Assembly: GCA_052426225.1 (NCBI GenBank)
Contig: JBNJNM010000022.1
Location: 310,001-374,000 of the forward strand
Direction: 5' to 3'
DNA length: 64,000 nt
Source: Zancudomyces culisetae HAW-14-8
Lineage: Eukaryota; Fungi; Kickxellomycota
Below are positions 25,414-37,198 of this stretch, piece after piece. The translations under genes were made by a program, and so were the position numbers. The notes under the pieces are model-generated. The model had not been told where the DNA came from. It saw only the letters and a program-made list of their open reading frames with translations, and did no database searches. How positions within the stretch are numbered: position 1 is the stretch's first letter; every line of letters starts with the position of its first letter.

Positions 25414-26700
25414 CTAATAAATTATTATGCCACTTTTTGCATATCTATTACGATAAAAAACTAGACATCCAAGTGAAAGCCCCAGAATTATGGATACAGC
25501 AGTTTGAACAATATCGCTCAATATATACATAACTCTCTGGGTTGACAACTCCTCCGTAAATTTAGATACACTTAAGCTTCCTGGTAGTACCAGCACCATG
25601 CTTGGATATAGATAAATTATTGTTGCTGTTTTGGTTATGGTGCTTGTAATGTTAGACAGCACTGAAATAACGAATGCTAGTAAAGCGGTTACTGCATACT
25701 CTTCATCAGTTCTTTCTAGTATGAGTTGTTTGGCCAGGTATGCGCATGAAAACAATACTGTTATTATGGAAATTTTTTTGTAGCTAACTCTTGTGGATAT
25801 ACACGTCGTTACAATAGCTACAGGAATAAACAAAAAACACCATGGATTTCCCAGCGTATCAGAGTATGGTCCTGTAGTAGGTCCTGATGAAAAATCTTTT
25901 TGTGTAATGTAGCGTGTAAAGTTAGTGCCCACCGTGATCCCCATTGCCAAAGTTAGTGCCAATCCTAGTCCATACATCAAGTCTTGCATCCCTGATATGT
26001 AATTCTTACTTAAGGTATCTACAACTCCTACGAGTATATATCGTCCAGGCAATTGTACTGTAATGGAACCAAATATAACAGGTGAGGGATGTAGATATCC
26101 AGATAAGAGTGACACTACAACCCCACTTATTACACCAGCTAGAAGGTTTGTAATGAACTTAATCCCATTAAATTTTGCTGCATATCGACATACAACGTTT
26201 ACTACTAACCCAACAGAAAATGCCGCTATTAGATCCAGCCATGAACACTTATACATATATGCCATGGATGTACATCTCAGTCCTTCAGATAAAACCTCAA
26301 ACCAAGTTGGATATACTTGTTTCAACTGATTAATTTTGTATAGCTCACTCATCGCTTCGCTTATGTCTATTTTATCTCCAAGTACATCATAATACAAATC
26401 TATTGCAAGCTCCAGTTTGAATAAATTTACGGTGGTGGTCACCTGTGTGAGGATTCCATCTCTTTCATTTGACTGTCCCTCAAGTCTAACAAAATAAAAA
26501 ATTACACCCGGGATCAACACCATTTCTACATCCAATTCAAGAAATCGAGTCAGAGGCTTCATTGACTGTTCAAAATTACTAATGGGTGCCCCAAAACACC
26601 TTAGTTGTTTGCTCATTTCCAAGAAAAAGCGCGCTTTAACCTTATGATCAGCATTTCGATTGCGAGACGATAGCCAGCTTTTTGGAGGATTGTCACTCAT
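25414..26700 (-). CDS. Prm10/ThrE-family multi-pass membrane transporter (short paralog)
   Basis: LRCFGAPISNFE (ThrE N motif), VQLPG and LVLPGS, about 10 TM segments; first ATG at 26700 (upstream exons not excluded). Confidence 0.85.
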   Translation of the reverse strand: MSDNPPKSWLSSRNRNADHKVKARFFLEMSKQLRCFGAPISNFEQSMKPLTRFLELDVEMVLIPGVIFYFVRLEGQSNERDGILTQVTTTVNLFKLELAIDLYYDVLGDKIDISEAMSELYKINQLKQVYPTWFEVLSEGLRCTSMAYMYKCSWLDLIAAFSVGLVVNVVCRYAAKFNGIKFITNLLAGVISGVVVSLLSGYLHPSPVIFGSITVQLPGRYILVGVVDTLSKNYISGMQDLMYGLGLALTLAMGITVGTNFTRYITQKDFSSGPTTGPYSDTLGNPWCFLFIPVAIVTTCISTRVSYKKISIITVLFSCAYLAKQLILERTDEEYAVTALLAFVISVLSNITSTITKTATIIYLYPSMVLVLPGSLSVSKFTEELSTQRVMYILSDIVQTAVSIILGLSLGCLVFYRNRYAKSGIIIY

Positions 26701-29335
26701 ATTTTGAAACTTTGCCTGTCGCCAGTTCAATTTTTTTTTTTGATTTCTACCTGTATTTTCTGTTTAGATGTTTTATAAACTTAGAGTTCATGCCTTCTCT
26801 AATACTTATAAACCAAAAAGTGTTTTAATAACTAGTATTACTTCTATTGTTTATATATAACTGCTACGTTAAAAAAAGGTTTTAACAACTTGTATTTCAT
26901 TTATCTCTTCCCATTCGATATTCTATTCTTCATAAAAATACCTTTTACTATAGCTCAATTTCCCTTTATTCTATACCATCGTTCTTCCAACAGCGATAGT
27001 TGCAGGTTCATATTTTGACCTGGCTTTAGTGATATGTGCACTTTCAAGCCTTAGAACACCAAAACACCTAAATCAAATCAAATCAATAATTTAATTAAAT
27101 TGGTTGTTATTGTTGTATTTTAATATGAATTTATTTAAACTCGATAATAAAACGCTAGTTTACAATAGTAAATGAGTATGATCAAAGTGTAGAAATATAT
27201 TCAAGTAATTTTTTATTATTTTTTAATTAAATTAGCACTTTAAGCTTATTTCTGTTTTGGGAGGCTTTAATACCCAAAAAAAAATACTTCAGTACAACCA
27301 AAAAAATATCCTAACACTTTATTGTTTGTCACCATATGATTACTGATTTAATACTCTTCATTTGTACATTTGCAAACCCCAACACAAAACCATGTTGGGG
27401 CGGGATAGGGGGGGGGGTGAGCAATGCATATATTTGTTTTCTATCTAAGAATCTATACCTGATTTTGTTATTGGTACTTTTAACATTGCCTTCAAAATAC
27501 CCCAACCATGCGTATCAGCCGGAACTGCCAACATTTTTACGTTATTTTATAAACTTCTTGCCTATACATATGTTTCATACACTTTCTTTTATCCGAGCCG
27601 TAAATTGCTTTATAAACCACCTTCTTCAACTGGCGCTTTACACTGGGGAATTACAGGATTCAGGATGGATGGTTTTTAGGTATTACATATCGATAATCAT
27701 TTGATAAGATATTAATTTAAGTTTGATCTAATCTAGGCAATTTACATTAATAATACACTACATCCTTCCGCACCTCTCCCCTTTCTGGAAAGCTGGTTTG
27801 CATTGGTCACCGATCTTACCAGATAAAGATATATTTATTGATAGCCTTCGATTAGCTTTTTCCATATTTTTATATTTGGACCTTAATAGCCCTAACTTAC
27901 AGGTCGTAAAAAACCAGACTATGATAATTTACACTACCTTTTAAACACTCTAATGATACGTGTTACTATTTTTCTTATTGGCAGATGACCTTTTTTGGGT
28001 AGCAACACGAGACTGAAGAACACTAATCTTCCGTACAAATTTATCTACTCAATAACTTGTCTTTTCACATTTAAAAAACCGAAAAGCTGGAATATCAAAT
28101 ACAAACAAGTAACAGAGTCGTTTTTTACAACCTGATAGCCTGCTTTGCATATTACACCACTGCGTATTTGTTTACTGTGTTTTTTTATTAGTTTTATAAA
28201 GGCTTATATTTTAAGTTGATCCTATTAGTAATTGCAAACATTGAAGCACTAAATCTAAAACCAATTTTCACAGTACGGGCTGTTTGCCAACAAACCCTAG
28301 TATATACCAAAACTTAGACACCTGTCATACATTGTTTTAGAGGGGTTTTCTACTTTAAAATTCCGCAACTTTATTCCCGTGCTAGAATCTCAAGTATAGA
28401 GCACTTCCACTTTGTTTTTGTTCTATCACAGCTAATAATATTCGGATATATTGCTCGGGATGGACTGTGTCTTAATTCTCCGCATAGCCATCAAATTTCT
28501 GCACTATACAATTTGTGATTGTGCATACATAACTAAACAGTTGCCACTCCCAAAACAGGGGACAAAAAAAATTTTTTTTCTTCTTACATCCAATATAAAG
28601 GAGAGCGAAATGGTTTGTACAAAAGAGTCTAATTAGTACTTTTATAAGCAATTGTAAAGTATTAATCCTGAGGATACCGAGAGTGCCTAGTATTGATTTA
28701 ATGAAAAAACCTGAATCAATAACTTTTGCTCAAAATAATCCGGTGTGTGCAATAAATGCTCTAGCAAACAACAATTTGATCTTAGAGTTTTGTTTTTGCT
28801 ATAATTTATCAAAAGCTTCATATTCAACTAAAATTATAATATCAGGGAGTGGGGATTATTTTTTGAATCAAATATCAAGGTAGTTATTACTCAGAAATAA
28901 AAGAAGTCGATTTCTATGCAATTTTTAAAGTAAAGTATCAATTTCAACTATACTACAAAGGCAAGTATAGATAGTTGGTAAGCGTATACATTAATATTAT
29001 CGAGTAGCAAGAATTCTCGAGAATATAGCGTAAATGGTAACAAACATTTGTTTCGTTTTATAAGGTATTCAGTTACAATCAAAAAACAAAAGAAGTAAGA
29101 TAAATCAGCTGATTTGTGTGCTAATAAGGGGAAAAAATAGCCTCAATAGTCTCAGTAGCTGTTTTAACAGTACATAGGTAGAAGCACTAGACGTCAATAC
29201 CGCTCATCTCAATTTAAGTATATTCGTACCACCAAAACTATATTTTTTTTGCCGAGTTCAGTAAATGCTCATAGAATAGCAGACGTTATTTCTTATAGCT
29301 GCAAATAAACTGGATTGAGAACTAAAATCAACAAA

Positions 29336-31519
29336 ATGCTAGAAAAATCGCAATCAGTTCCAAACCTGAGATGTAAACTGTCAAATGCAACGAGAAATGG
29401 AGGCCGGGCTAACGTAACATCTTCAAACGAGTATTTCATAAAATATACAAAACCGTTTTATAAAAGAGCGATGAGTATGAGTTTTGCTATTAACCCTTCA
29501 CAAAATAATGCATTTATGTTTAATCAAGAAATGCGTGTTGGGGCTGAATTGAATGTAGCCCAGAAAACAACAATAAAACTATCACAAAAATGCACCGATA
29601 ACATGCCAAAAAACACAGTACATACTCAAAAGTCACTTAGAAAACACACTTCAGTCTCAAAAATAAAAAATATCACGTGTAGAAAACATAGCACAAAGAA
29701 AAAATCTTGGTTCTTACTGTCTACGCCTTTTGCACTCAAGAAAAGCAAAATTGCACTCATGTCAAGACCAACGCCAGATGAAAAAGTTATTCCGCTTACA
29801 AAATCATACTCGAACCCATGCTCACAACTATTTTCAAAAAATGTGTTTGTGAACCCTGTTCACATCCAAGACAGAAAAAACTTTCCTAGATTTGTCAGAG
29901 AATATAAAAGTTCTTACAATAAAAGCATTGACGGTCTATCTGAAGATGAATCTAATTTTATTTCCGAGAGAAATGAGTTTAAAAATACTACAAGAAAAAT
30001 TATAGATGCTCCAAAAATCAATGAGCTGGTCATTGAAGATGCGGGTTTTAGTGAAGGATCTTTATTACACTTAAAAAAAAGAGAAAACTTAGGAAAAACA
30101 CAATCTGTTTCAGAAAATCTTGGTATATATGTTGGCATAAAGGGAAATAATACTAATAGTAGCAAAACAGCCTCAAATACCAGCACACACAGTATCAACA
30201 TTGGTTGCGCAGATATTCAAAGTGGACATGACCAAAATTTGAGTGAAAAAAATAATATGGGCGAGAAAGTGGAATATGCAGAGTATCAACTGTATATAAA
30301 ATTAATAACGCAATTTAGCAGTAAGCTCAATCAATATGGAGGTCCAACACATCATTTAGAGTCTAATTTAACAAGAATGGCAACGTTTTTGAATGTTCGG
30401 GCCAGTTTCACAGCAATACTGGGAATGGTTTTTATAGTTTTTGAGGACAGCAAAAACAGTTTGAGAAACACACAGCTAGTAAAAACTACACAGGTGTTTG
30501 ACATAAATAAAATGGAGTTGGTAGATGCAGTTTACGAGGATGTTTTGCGTGGTCACATGTCCATAAAAAATGCAATAAAGATATTAAAACAAATCGAAAC
30601 GCTTCCTGAGATTTATCCATGGTATGTAAAAATGCTTTCATGGTCGCTTTGCTCAGCATGTGTTGCACAGTTAGCATTTAAGGGAGGATGGAAGGAAATA
30701 TGTATGGCTTTTGTTCTTGGGTGGATTGTCTGGTTTATTGACTACGTTGGAAGTATGTTATACAGGTTCAAAAATATGGTTGAATTTATCTCTGGGTTTA
30801 CAGTTGGTTTAATTTCCACAATCCTACAGCACTATGTATGTGCAAGTTCCATAACCCTTTCAGCGTTGGTTGCCATATTGCCAGGAATAACTTTAACTAT
30901 CGGTGCTATCGAGCTAATGGCTAGGAGCATGATCACTGGAGCAATTAGAGTTTTCTACGCACTTGTAGTTACATTTGTGCTATCTTTTGGAATTCAGGTA
31001 GGTAGCTCGTTATATGCAGCGGTATCCACGGGAACAATCGAGCATGGAGTGATACTAGATACTAGTGTTTGTACCAGCATCTCGAAATGGTATGGTTTTT
31101 TGTTTTTTCCTGTCTGCATGATCTCAATTTTTATTTTTCTAAACGTACCTATCAAAAGGTGGCCACTAGGGCTGATTGTTTCAGGAACCATGTATATAAT
31201 CTTGCTAGTATGCAACGAGTATCTCAAACCAAATTATTTTTCAACATTTATATCCACCTTTGTACTTGGAATACTTTCCAATATTTGTGGTAGATTTTTA
31301 GATATTCCGCCTTTTACATTTATACTGCCCGCAGCGATGTTGCTTGTACCTGGAAGCATAGGTGTAAGATCAATTCACTCACTCTTTTCTAAGGGTGAGT
31401 ATTTGGATCTTTTAAAAGAAATGACTTCTACTTGTTTGTTTATAATGTCGGGAATGTTTCTAGCGTCCTTTCTTGTATTTCCCACAGGTCGAAAACGCTC
31501 AGCACTTGCAACTTTTTAG
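29336..31519 (+). CDS. PRM10: Pheromone-regulated membrane protein Prm10/ThrE family with long disordered N terminus
   Basis: LNQYGGPTHHLE, AFKGGWKE, VAILPGITLT, MITGAIRVFYA, MLLVPGSIGV motifs; about 10 TM segments; first ATG at 29336. Confidence 0.9.
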   Translation: MLEKSQSVPNLRCKLSNATRNGGRANVTSSNEYFIKYTKPFYKRAMSMSFAINPSQNNAFMFNQEMRVGAELNVAQKTTIKLSQKCTDNMPKNTVHTQKSLRKHTSVSKIKNITCRKHSTKKKSWFLLSTPFALKKSKIALMSRPTPDEKVIPLTKSYSNPCSQLFSKNVFVNPVHIQDRKNFPRFVREYKSSYNKSIDGLSEDESNFISERNEFKNTTRKIIDAPKINELVIEDAGFSEGSLLHLKKRENLGKTQSVSENLGIYVGIKGNNTNSSKTASNTSTHSINIGCADIQSGHDQNLSEKNNMGEKVEYAEYQLYIKLITQFSSKLNQYGGPTHHLESNLTRMATFLNVRASFTAILGMVFIVFEDSKNSLRNTQLVKTTQVFDINKMELVDAVYEDVLRGHMSIKNAIKILKQIETLPEIYPWYVKMLSWSLCSACVAQLAFKGGWKEICMAFVLGWIVWFIDYVGSMLYRFKNMVEFISGFTVGLISTILQHYVCASSITLSALVAILPGITLTIGAIELMARSMITGAIRVFYALVVTFVLSFGIQVGSSLYAAVSTGTIEHGVILDTSVCTSISKWYGFLFFPVCMISIFIFLNVPIKRWPLGLIVSGTMYIILLVCNEYLKPNYFSTFISTFVLGILSNICGRFLDIPPFTFILPAAMLLVPGSIGVRSIHSLFSKGEYLDLLKEMTSTCLFIMSGMFLASFLVFPTGRKRSALATF

Positions 31520-33823
31520 GTTTTATACCTTTTTTAACACATGTATATACTACATGCGCATTTTCGTATATTTTTTATTTTGTAAAATGACAGTTAAAAA
31601 AAAGGTAAGGTTTATTGAGAAAATTTGTGAATAAAACCAATTAAAAGAACTAGCATTTTGTTGTAACCAGTTGGGTGGCTAGTTAATGGTATTGAAACAC
31701 TGTGTCATGATACTTCAAACAGTCACGTTGCTAAGCGCTAAGGGCAGTGTAAATGAGCAAAAATATAAACTCTGGCGATTAGAATAGAAATATAAGATAA
31801 TGTCAGCGTTTTCTTATATTGGTTTGAGAAATAACTATTTAATATACATCGCACACATTGAATGTAATCATCAAACTTCACCTAAATTTACATACCTTAC
31901 TCCCATTCCCCAACTTTTAGCAGGAATCATAAAACAAATACTAAATGTACACATTTTGGTCTATAAAACTAATCATGTACAATCGCGGGCTAACAAATCG
32001 TACAAATAACAAGGGCTGGACAAGAATAATCTTTAATTCGTTTTCGTGGCCTTTTCTGTTTATTTAAGCCTAAATACAAGTCGTTAGTGCTATTCTTTTG
32101 AATACTTTTAACAAATTTAAAAATCGTTATGGTTAAAGAAAAGCAGCGATAATGCTAACCATTTTTGACAAGTGGTGAAGCAAGCAGGAAAAATCGGACA
32201 TGTCAAATAACAACACATAATTTTCTTTTTTCAACAAACAAAAACCAAGAGCATATTCTAGCTAAAGTCAAGTGTGCTCCATTTTCCTTTTAATTCGCGC
32301 TAATGCAAAAATACTCTAGCATAGCATGAACTAGAAGCCAAAATATATGTATTCCAGCACTTGATTCATGGAGTGAAAAACACTTAATTGTGTTCAATGC
32401 CACCATTTGTCAATATTGCCAAACTTCGTTTTTAACAACCAGTAAATCGCTAGAAGTGATTTAATACTCTTTTTTACCTTGCAAATTGCTATAGTATTAA
32501 CATGCGGGGAGGAGAGGGATTCATAATTTATGGCTATTAAGTGCCGGAAATAGGAAGCTGGAGTTTGAGATAGTTGCAGAATATTTATCTAGATATCTCC
32601 AAATCCTAGGCCTAACTATTTTGCCCCCACCTTACCTCCGGAACCCTGAAGAGCTAGCACCATACAATTTGTGTTAAGTTTTGTAGTCTCTTTTTTTCAT
32701 TTTTGGAGGGGGGAGGGGAATTTTTTTTTTTTCACTAGCTTACGAAAAATATGGCTTTTTTTAGGTCAACTTCTCTGAGAAAAGCGTTTGTTATTAGCGA
32801 AATAGTCTGGGATTTAGAGAATGATTTTACAACTATAGCTCTAGATTACAACAAATATAAATTGAGCCTAGAAAGTTTGTTGCCAACAAAACCTAGCTCT
32901 ATTGGGAGAAGAACTAGAGTAATTTTTTAAACGCTTCAGTATCCTAATGTGAAGCTAGAACAAAAGTCTACTACCACAAATTAGTAAAGAAAACAAAAAC
33001 TAAAGCCAAAGACCAGCTTTGAAAGTACTGGGAGCTATTCGTTATGTTTTTTTATTGCAAGAAAAATATCTAGATTACACGTAAAGATAACTATTTTTAC
33101 AAAAGTTTATTGCAAATGGTCTAAAGTGTTCTAGCATAAACAATAAAATTTTATCACTTGATTAAATGAATTATTTTACCCACTTATGCTGCCAACATGA
33201 AAGCGTCAAAGGGTTAGCAGAGATATTGGTAAAAATTAAGTAAAAACAATAATAAAAAAGCCACCGTTTAAGGCTTAATGCAATTTATATTTGCTATATA
33301 AAATCCTTTAGCTCAAACTTTTAGAGTAAGCTTATTTATAAAGAGCACATTCCACATGATGTGCTTTCTCTAAACCACACATCATCTCAAAAGAGTCTAT
33401 TTATTTAGCTAATTTTGTTACTTCTTATTCCTAATTTAACTTTATAAAAACTTTATTTATATCAAGCTACTTGCAACAATATATAGTAAATAATTATATA
33501 CCACCAAGACAAGAACTAGTGATGAGTTTAGGCTGAATATAGGCGGTACCTAAAGAATTAAAATCTACAAATCAAGTCAAAAAGTGAAAAATAACATAAT
33601 TATTGAGAATAGTATTTTATTTGGAGTTGGTAAAGAACACTCAGTAATAGATATAATTTAAGTCAAGTTTTTGGAAACTCCAGCTAGCAGAAAGATCAAA
33701 AAGGATTTTAGCAATCCAAATTATAAGGCCTGTCGAGTATTATTTTACCAGAAATACTCAAAAATAACCAACCAACTCTCTACAAAATCAATAGGAAGCT
33801 ACTGGAAACACAATACATCAAAA

Positions 33824-35359
33824 ATGTCTGTTCAAAAACATCGTGTGGTGGAGGCCGATCCTAAAAACACATGCAAAAAAGTTGGAAACATAATAATAAA
33901 AGGTGTAGATAAATATAAAATTCTCAGTGTGTTAGCAAGCGGGTCATACGGACCAATATATTTGGCAAGATTGCAAACCCATCCATATTCTTATCACGTG
34001 GTAAAATCTCTGAGCAAAAAAATAATATTCAACTCAAATAAAACTCAAGAGTTAATTCCATTCCATATTCGAGAAATTCAACTTCACTCAGCCCTGCAGC
34101 ATCACGCAAATATAGTTCAACTAGACTTTATATGCGAGACTTTTGGAAATTACTACATAGGGATGGAATACTGTTGTTATGGCGATCTATATGATGCAAT
34201 AACGACTACCACGGATATTACCCACCCTTGGCATCATATAAAGGGAAACCATTGTATGATAAACAAGGCGTTTATGGAAATATTGGATGGACTAATACAT
34301 ATGCATGAAAATGGTGTATACCATCGGGATTTAAAACCAGAAAATATTTTTATAGGTAATAACGGAAAACTTAAAATAGCAGATTTTGGTCTAGCAACAC
34401 TTGATTATTGGTCAAGCGAGTTTGGGTGTGGAAGTAGTTTTTACATGAGCCCAGAGTTACAAGACAAGGACTTTAGTTACCCGGGAAGAGTATTTAGATA
34501 CTACAATGAAACAGGAGATTCAATATATTGCACTGCACACTGTGATATATGGGCGCTGGGTATAATATTTATTAATCTTTGCTTTGGAAGAAATCCATGG
34601 AAAACTGCAACCATGAATGATCCGACATTTGCAGCATTTGTAGAGAATCCAGGAGTGCTTTTTGAGCTATTCCCGCTAACATTTGAGGGATATAGTATTG
34701 TTGTAAAAATGCTCGAACTTGACCCATCTAAAAGAACTTCGCTGTATTGGCTCAAAAAAATTATTGGACAAGATATAAAGTATTTTTATGACTCAAATGA
34801 TAAAAACCTTAATACAAGGGTATTTGTCCAAAATGCAAAAAATATAAATAAATTCAGCAACCAAGAAACTAAAGGAACAGCACCAATTCCAAAAATTATA
34901 CCCCAAACACGAGTGAATAAAAAAATGGATCTAAACCTGAATCCTACGGATAGTTTGTTAAACTTTGAAGATAAGAGTGCCTTGTTCATGCCCTTAGTTC
35001 CTGAAAAGGAAACTTTATCTGGTAATAGATACCTCTCAAACTCGACCCTAAATGATAGAATGGTCAACTATTTTATCAACAAGAGAGTAAATCTACGCGA
35101 TTGTTCTTTTAATACAAAAAGCAGTGCTTGTAAAGGTATTGAAGACAAAAATGATAATGGTAGTGGCAAAATAGGTGGTGGTATAAATCGGCAAGATTAT
35201 AGTTGTACTAATAGTGATAAGTATAGCCATAGTGGTAGAGATGTGGGTGGAACTATGAGTGAAGATAGGAACGGGGGCGGAGCTGAAGCTTTTGGATCAT
35301 ATTCTACACAAAACAGTTCACATAATAAGTATATGCTTCTTAAAGGTACGAAAGTTTAA
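33824..35359 (+). CDS. Ser/Thr protein kinase, Ran1/Pat1-Sks1-like family
   Basis: LASGSYGPIY, VVK, REIQLH, YHRDLKPEN, IADFGLAT, FGCGSSFYMSPE, DIWALGII...NLCFGRNPWK..DPTF are the Ran1-family signature; first ATG at 33824. Confidence 0.92.
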   Translation: MSVQKHRVVEADPKNTCKKVGNIIIKGVDKYKILSVLASGSYGPIYLARLQTHPYSYHVVKSLSKKIIFNSNKTQELIPFHIREIQLHSALQHHANIVQLDFICETFGNYYIGMEYCCYGDLYDAITTTTDITHPWHHIKGNHCMINKAFMEILDGLIHMHENGVYHRDLKPENIFIGNNGKLKIADFGLATLDYWSSEFGCGSSFYMSPELQDKDFSYPGRVFRYYNETGDSIYCTAHCDIWALGIIFINLCFGRNPWKTATMNDPTFAAFVENPGVLFELFPLTFEGYSIVVKMLELDPSKRTSLYWLKKIIGQDIKYFYDSNDKNLNTRVFVQNAKNINKFSNQETKGTAPIPKIIPQTRVNKKMDLNLNPTDSLLNFEDKSALFMPLVPEKETLSGNRYLSNSTLNDRMVNYFINKRVNLRDCSFNTKSSACKGIEDKNDNGSGKIGGGINRQDYSCTNSDKYSHSGRDVGGTMSEDRNGGGAEAFGSYSTQNSSHNKYMLLKGTKV

Positions 35360-36167
35360 TTTTTATTGTAATTCTGATACTATACACAGTCGGCTATAAT
35401 TATCCAGCATGTAAATCGGAAAATGAGATTATTGAGATTAGACTAAAGTATTATTTTAATAACATTTCAGAATGTGCTACTAAAAAATAGCTGACAACAT
35501 AAAATCAAATACTGGAAAGGGCGATCCATATATCCATACAGATGACTCTGTGAACACACTTGAACGGATACAAAAAAAGCTTATAAACCGTCAAAAAAAT
35601 CAATGGTGTGATAAGGATATAGGTCACGATAAGGTCAAACAAACTGAACCCTCGCTTGCTTTTGTTTCAGAAACTAGAAATGGCTGTAATGAATTTATAG
35701 AGCCAAAAGTAAATATTGTCACAGGAAGCTTTCTGATGGATATTCCATAGAGGTGTTGATTCGAAAACTGAATAGCTATAAAAATATAAATTAATTGGAT
35801 GTGTATATGAAATTTCCAACGAATTATTACATTTTAAGAACCCTTGATATAATATCTTTACTAGGGTGTTTCAGACAGAACAGTAATAGTATCTTGTAGT
35901 ATTAGTATTTAAATAACAAATAAATTGGTACTTTGAAAAGCTGAAGACTAGTCTCATAATATTATAGTATATGTCAAGATAAAACCAACCAAGGTACATG
36001 AAAATACCACAGAAATATCATAATAGTTTTTGTCTTTTTTTCAAGGTTGCTTTGTTGATACATACCAAATGCCGATGGTGCCATTTCTCAATCTGAGAGG
36101 TATTAAAATAAAGCCCTATGCTGTTTTGTGAGAATAAATACATGTTTCTTAATGTTCAATTTACGTG

Positions 36168-36834
36168 TTAATACTTGTATTTCGTGGAATAATCCTTCGG
36201 AGATACCACCAAACCTCTGCCCTTCCTAGCACCTCTATAAACGACCTCGACGATATCAATAAACTCTTGTTTGTCTTGAATTGCCCAGTTAATCTTGTTG
36301 TTATTTCCCGTTCCCAAATCAATCATAATATGTTTATTTCTGTAGAAAAACATTGTGGTACAAGCATCATACAACTCATACATTACATTAAAATCAGGCA
36401 CTTCTGTTATATCCACCAAATAAATTACCGCAAAATTCTTAATCAATTCGGCAACTTTGTACAAGGTTTCATCCATCACCATACACTCTGGCTCCTATTT
36501 TTAAAAATATATTTTAGTTTTGAATTTTTCGTTTCATGCACTTTTATAAAATTGCAAATAAAACATTTCTATAATAAATTTACCCAATCATGACCAAATC
36601 TGATTATTACTACTCTATCCTCTTCAGATAATATCGCCTGGTCTACCTGCCAGCCTAATAACATGTATGAAATAATAATGTATTTTTGACTTTTCTTTTG
36701 CTCAAATTTCAGGATTCGAGAAATTCAAGGAAATAAGAGGGAGCTTACCATTTGTGAGATGTGGAATCAGATAACTCTACAAGATTTAAAAATGTTAGTA
36801 TAAATTGTGTAACAATTTCAAGCGTACTTACCAT
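36168..36834 (-). CDS. DIB1: U5 snRNP protein Dim1/Dib1 (TXNL4A), 4 exons; the first coding exon is only the ATG
   Basis: Spliced: M|SYLIPHLTNG|WQVDQAILSEEDRVVIIRFGHDW|EPECMVMDETL...HIMIDLGTGNNNKINW...GLVVSPKDYSTKYKY. Confidence 0.98.
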
Positions 36835-37198
36835 TGTGTTACTAAGATTCTGAAAACCCTGATATGCGGTACTCTAATTTCTGTGTTAGTAAAGCTCCCA
36901 ATTCTCACAGTTAAAAAAATAACAAAATGGAGGTTTTATATGTAGTTGGGTTTTACAGTTAAAATTATTTTTCTGCAAATATTTAACTTCAAAAAATTGA
37001 AAACTCATTGGTCGATTTTGGTTTGCAGAACAAATTTTTGTTACAAGGTCAAATTCTATGGATTTTTCAAATTGGAAAACAGAAAATGATCCAAAGGAAA
37101 CATGCAAAAATAAATGCAAGGATCTCTTATTTTCCCGGGAGAAATATAAAGAGTTTGGATAATAGCATACAAATCTAAAAGCGCATGGGGGTAGAAGT
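36835..37198. promoter_or_regulatory. Short divergent (probably bidirectional) promoter region between DIB1 and MSH3
   Basis: Start codons point away from each other about 365 bp apart. Confidence 0.5.

Noticed and set aside
27300-28300. Possible pseudogene between the Prm10 paralogs (KRQLKKVVYKAIYG fragment)
   Set aside because: Fragments too short and broken to assign.
32800-33420. TAGCTCT words upstream of the kinase resembling the micro-ORF upstream block
   Set aside because: TAGCT/CTAG words are frequent throughout the window; no ordered multi-block conservation.
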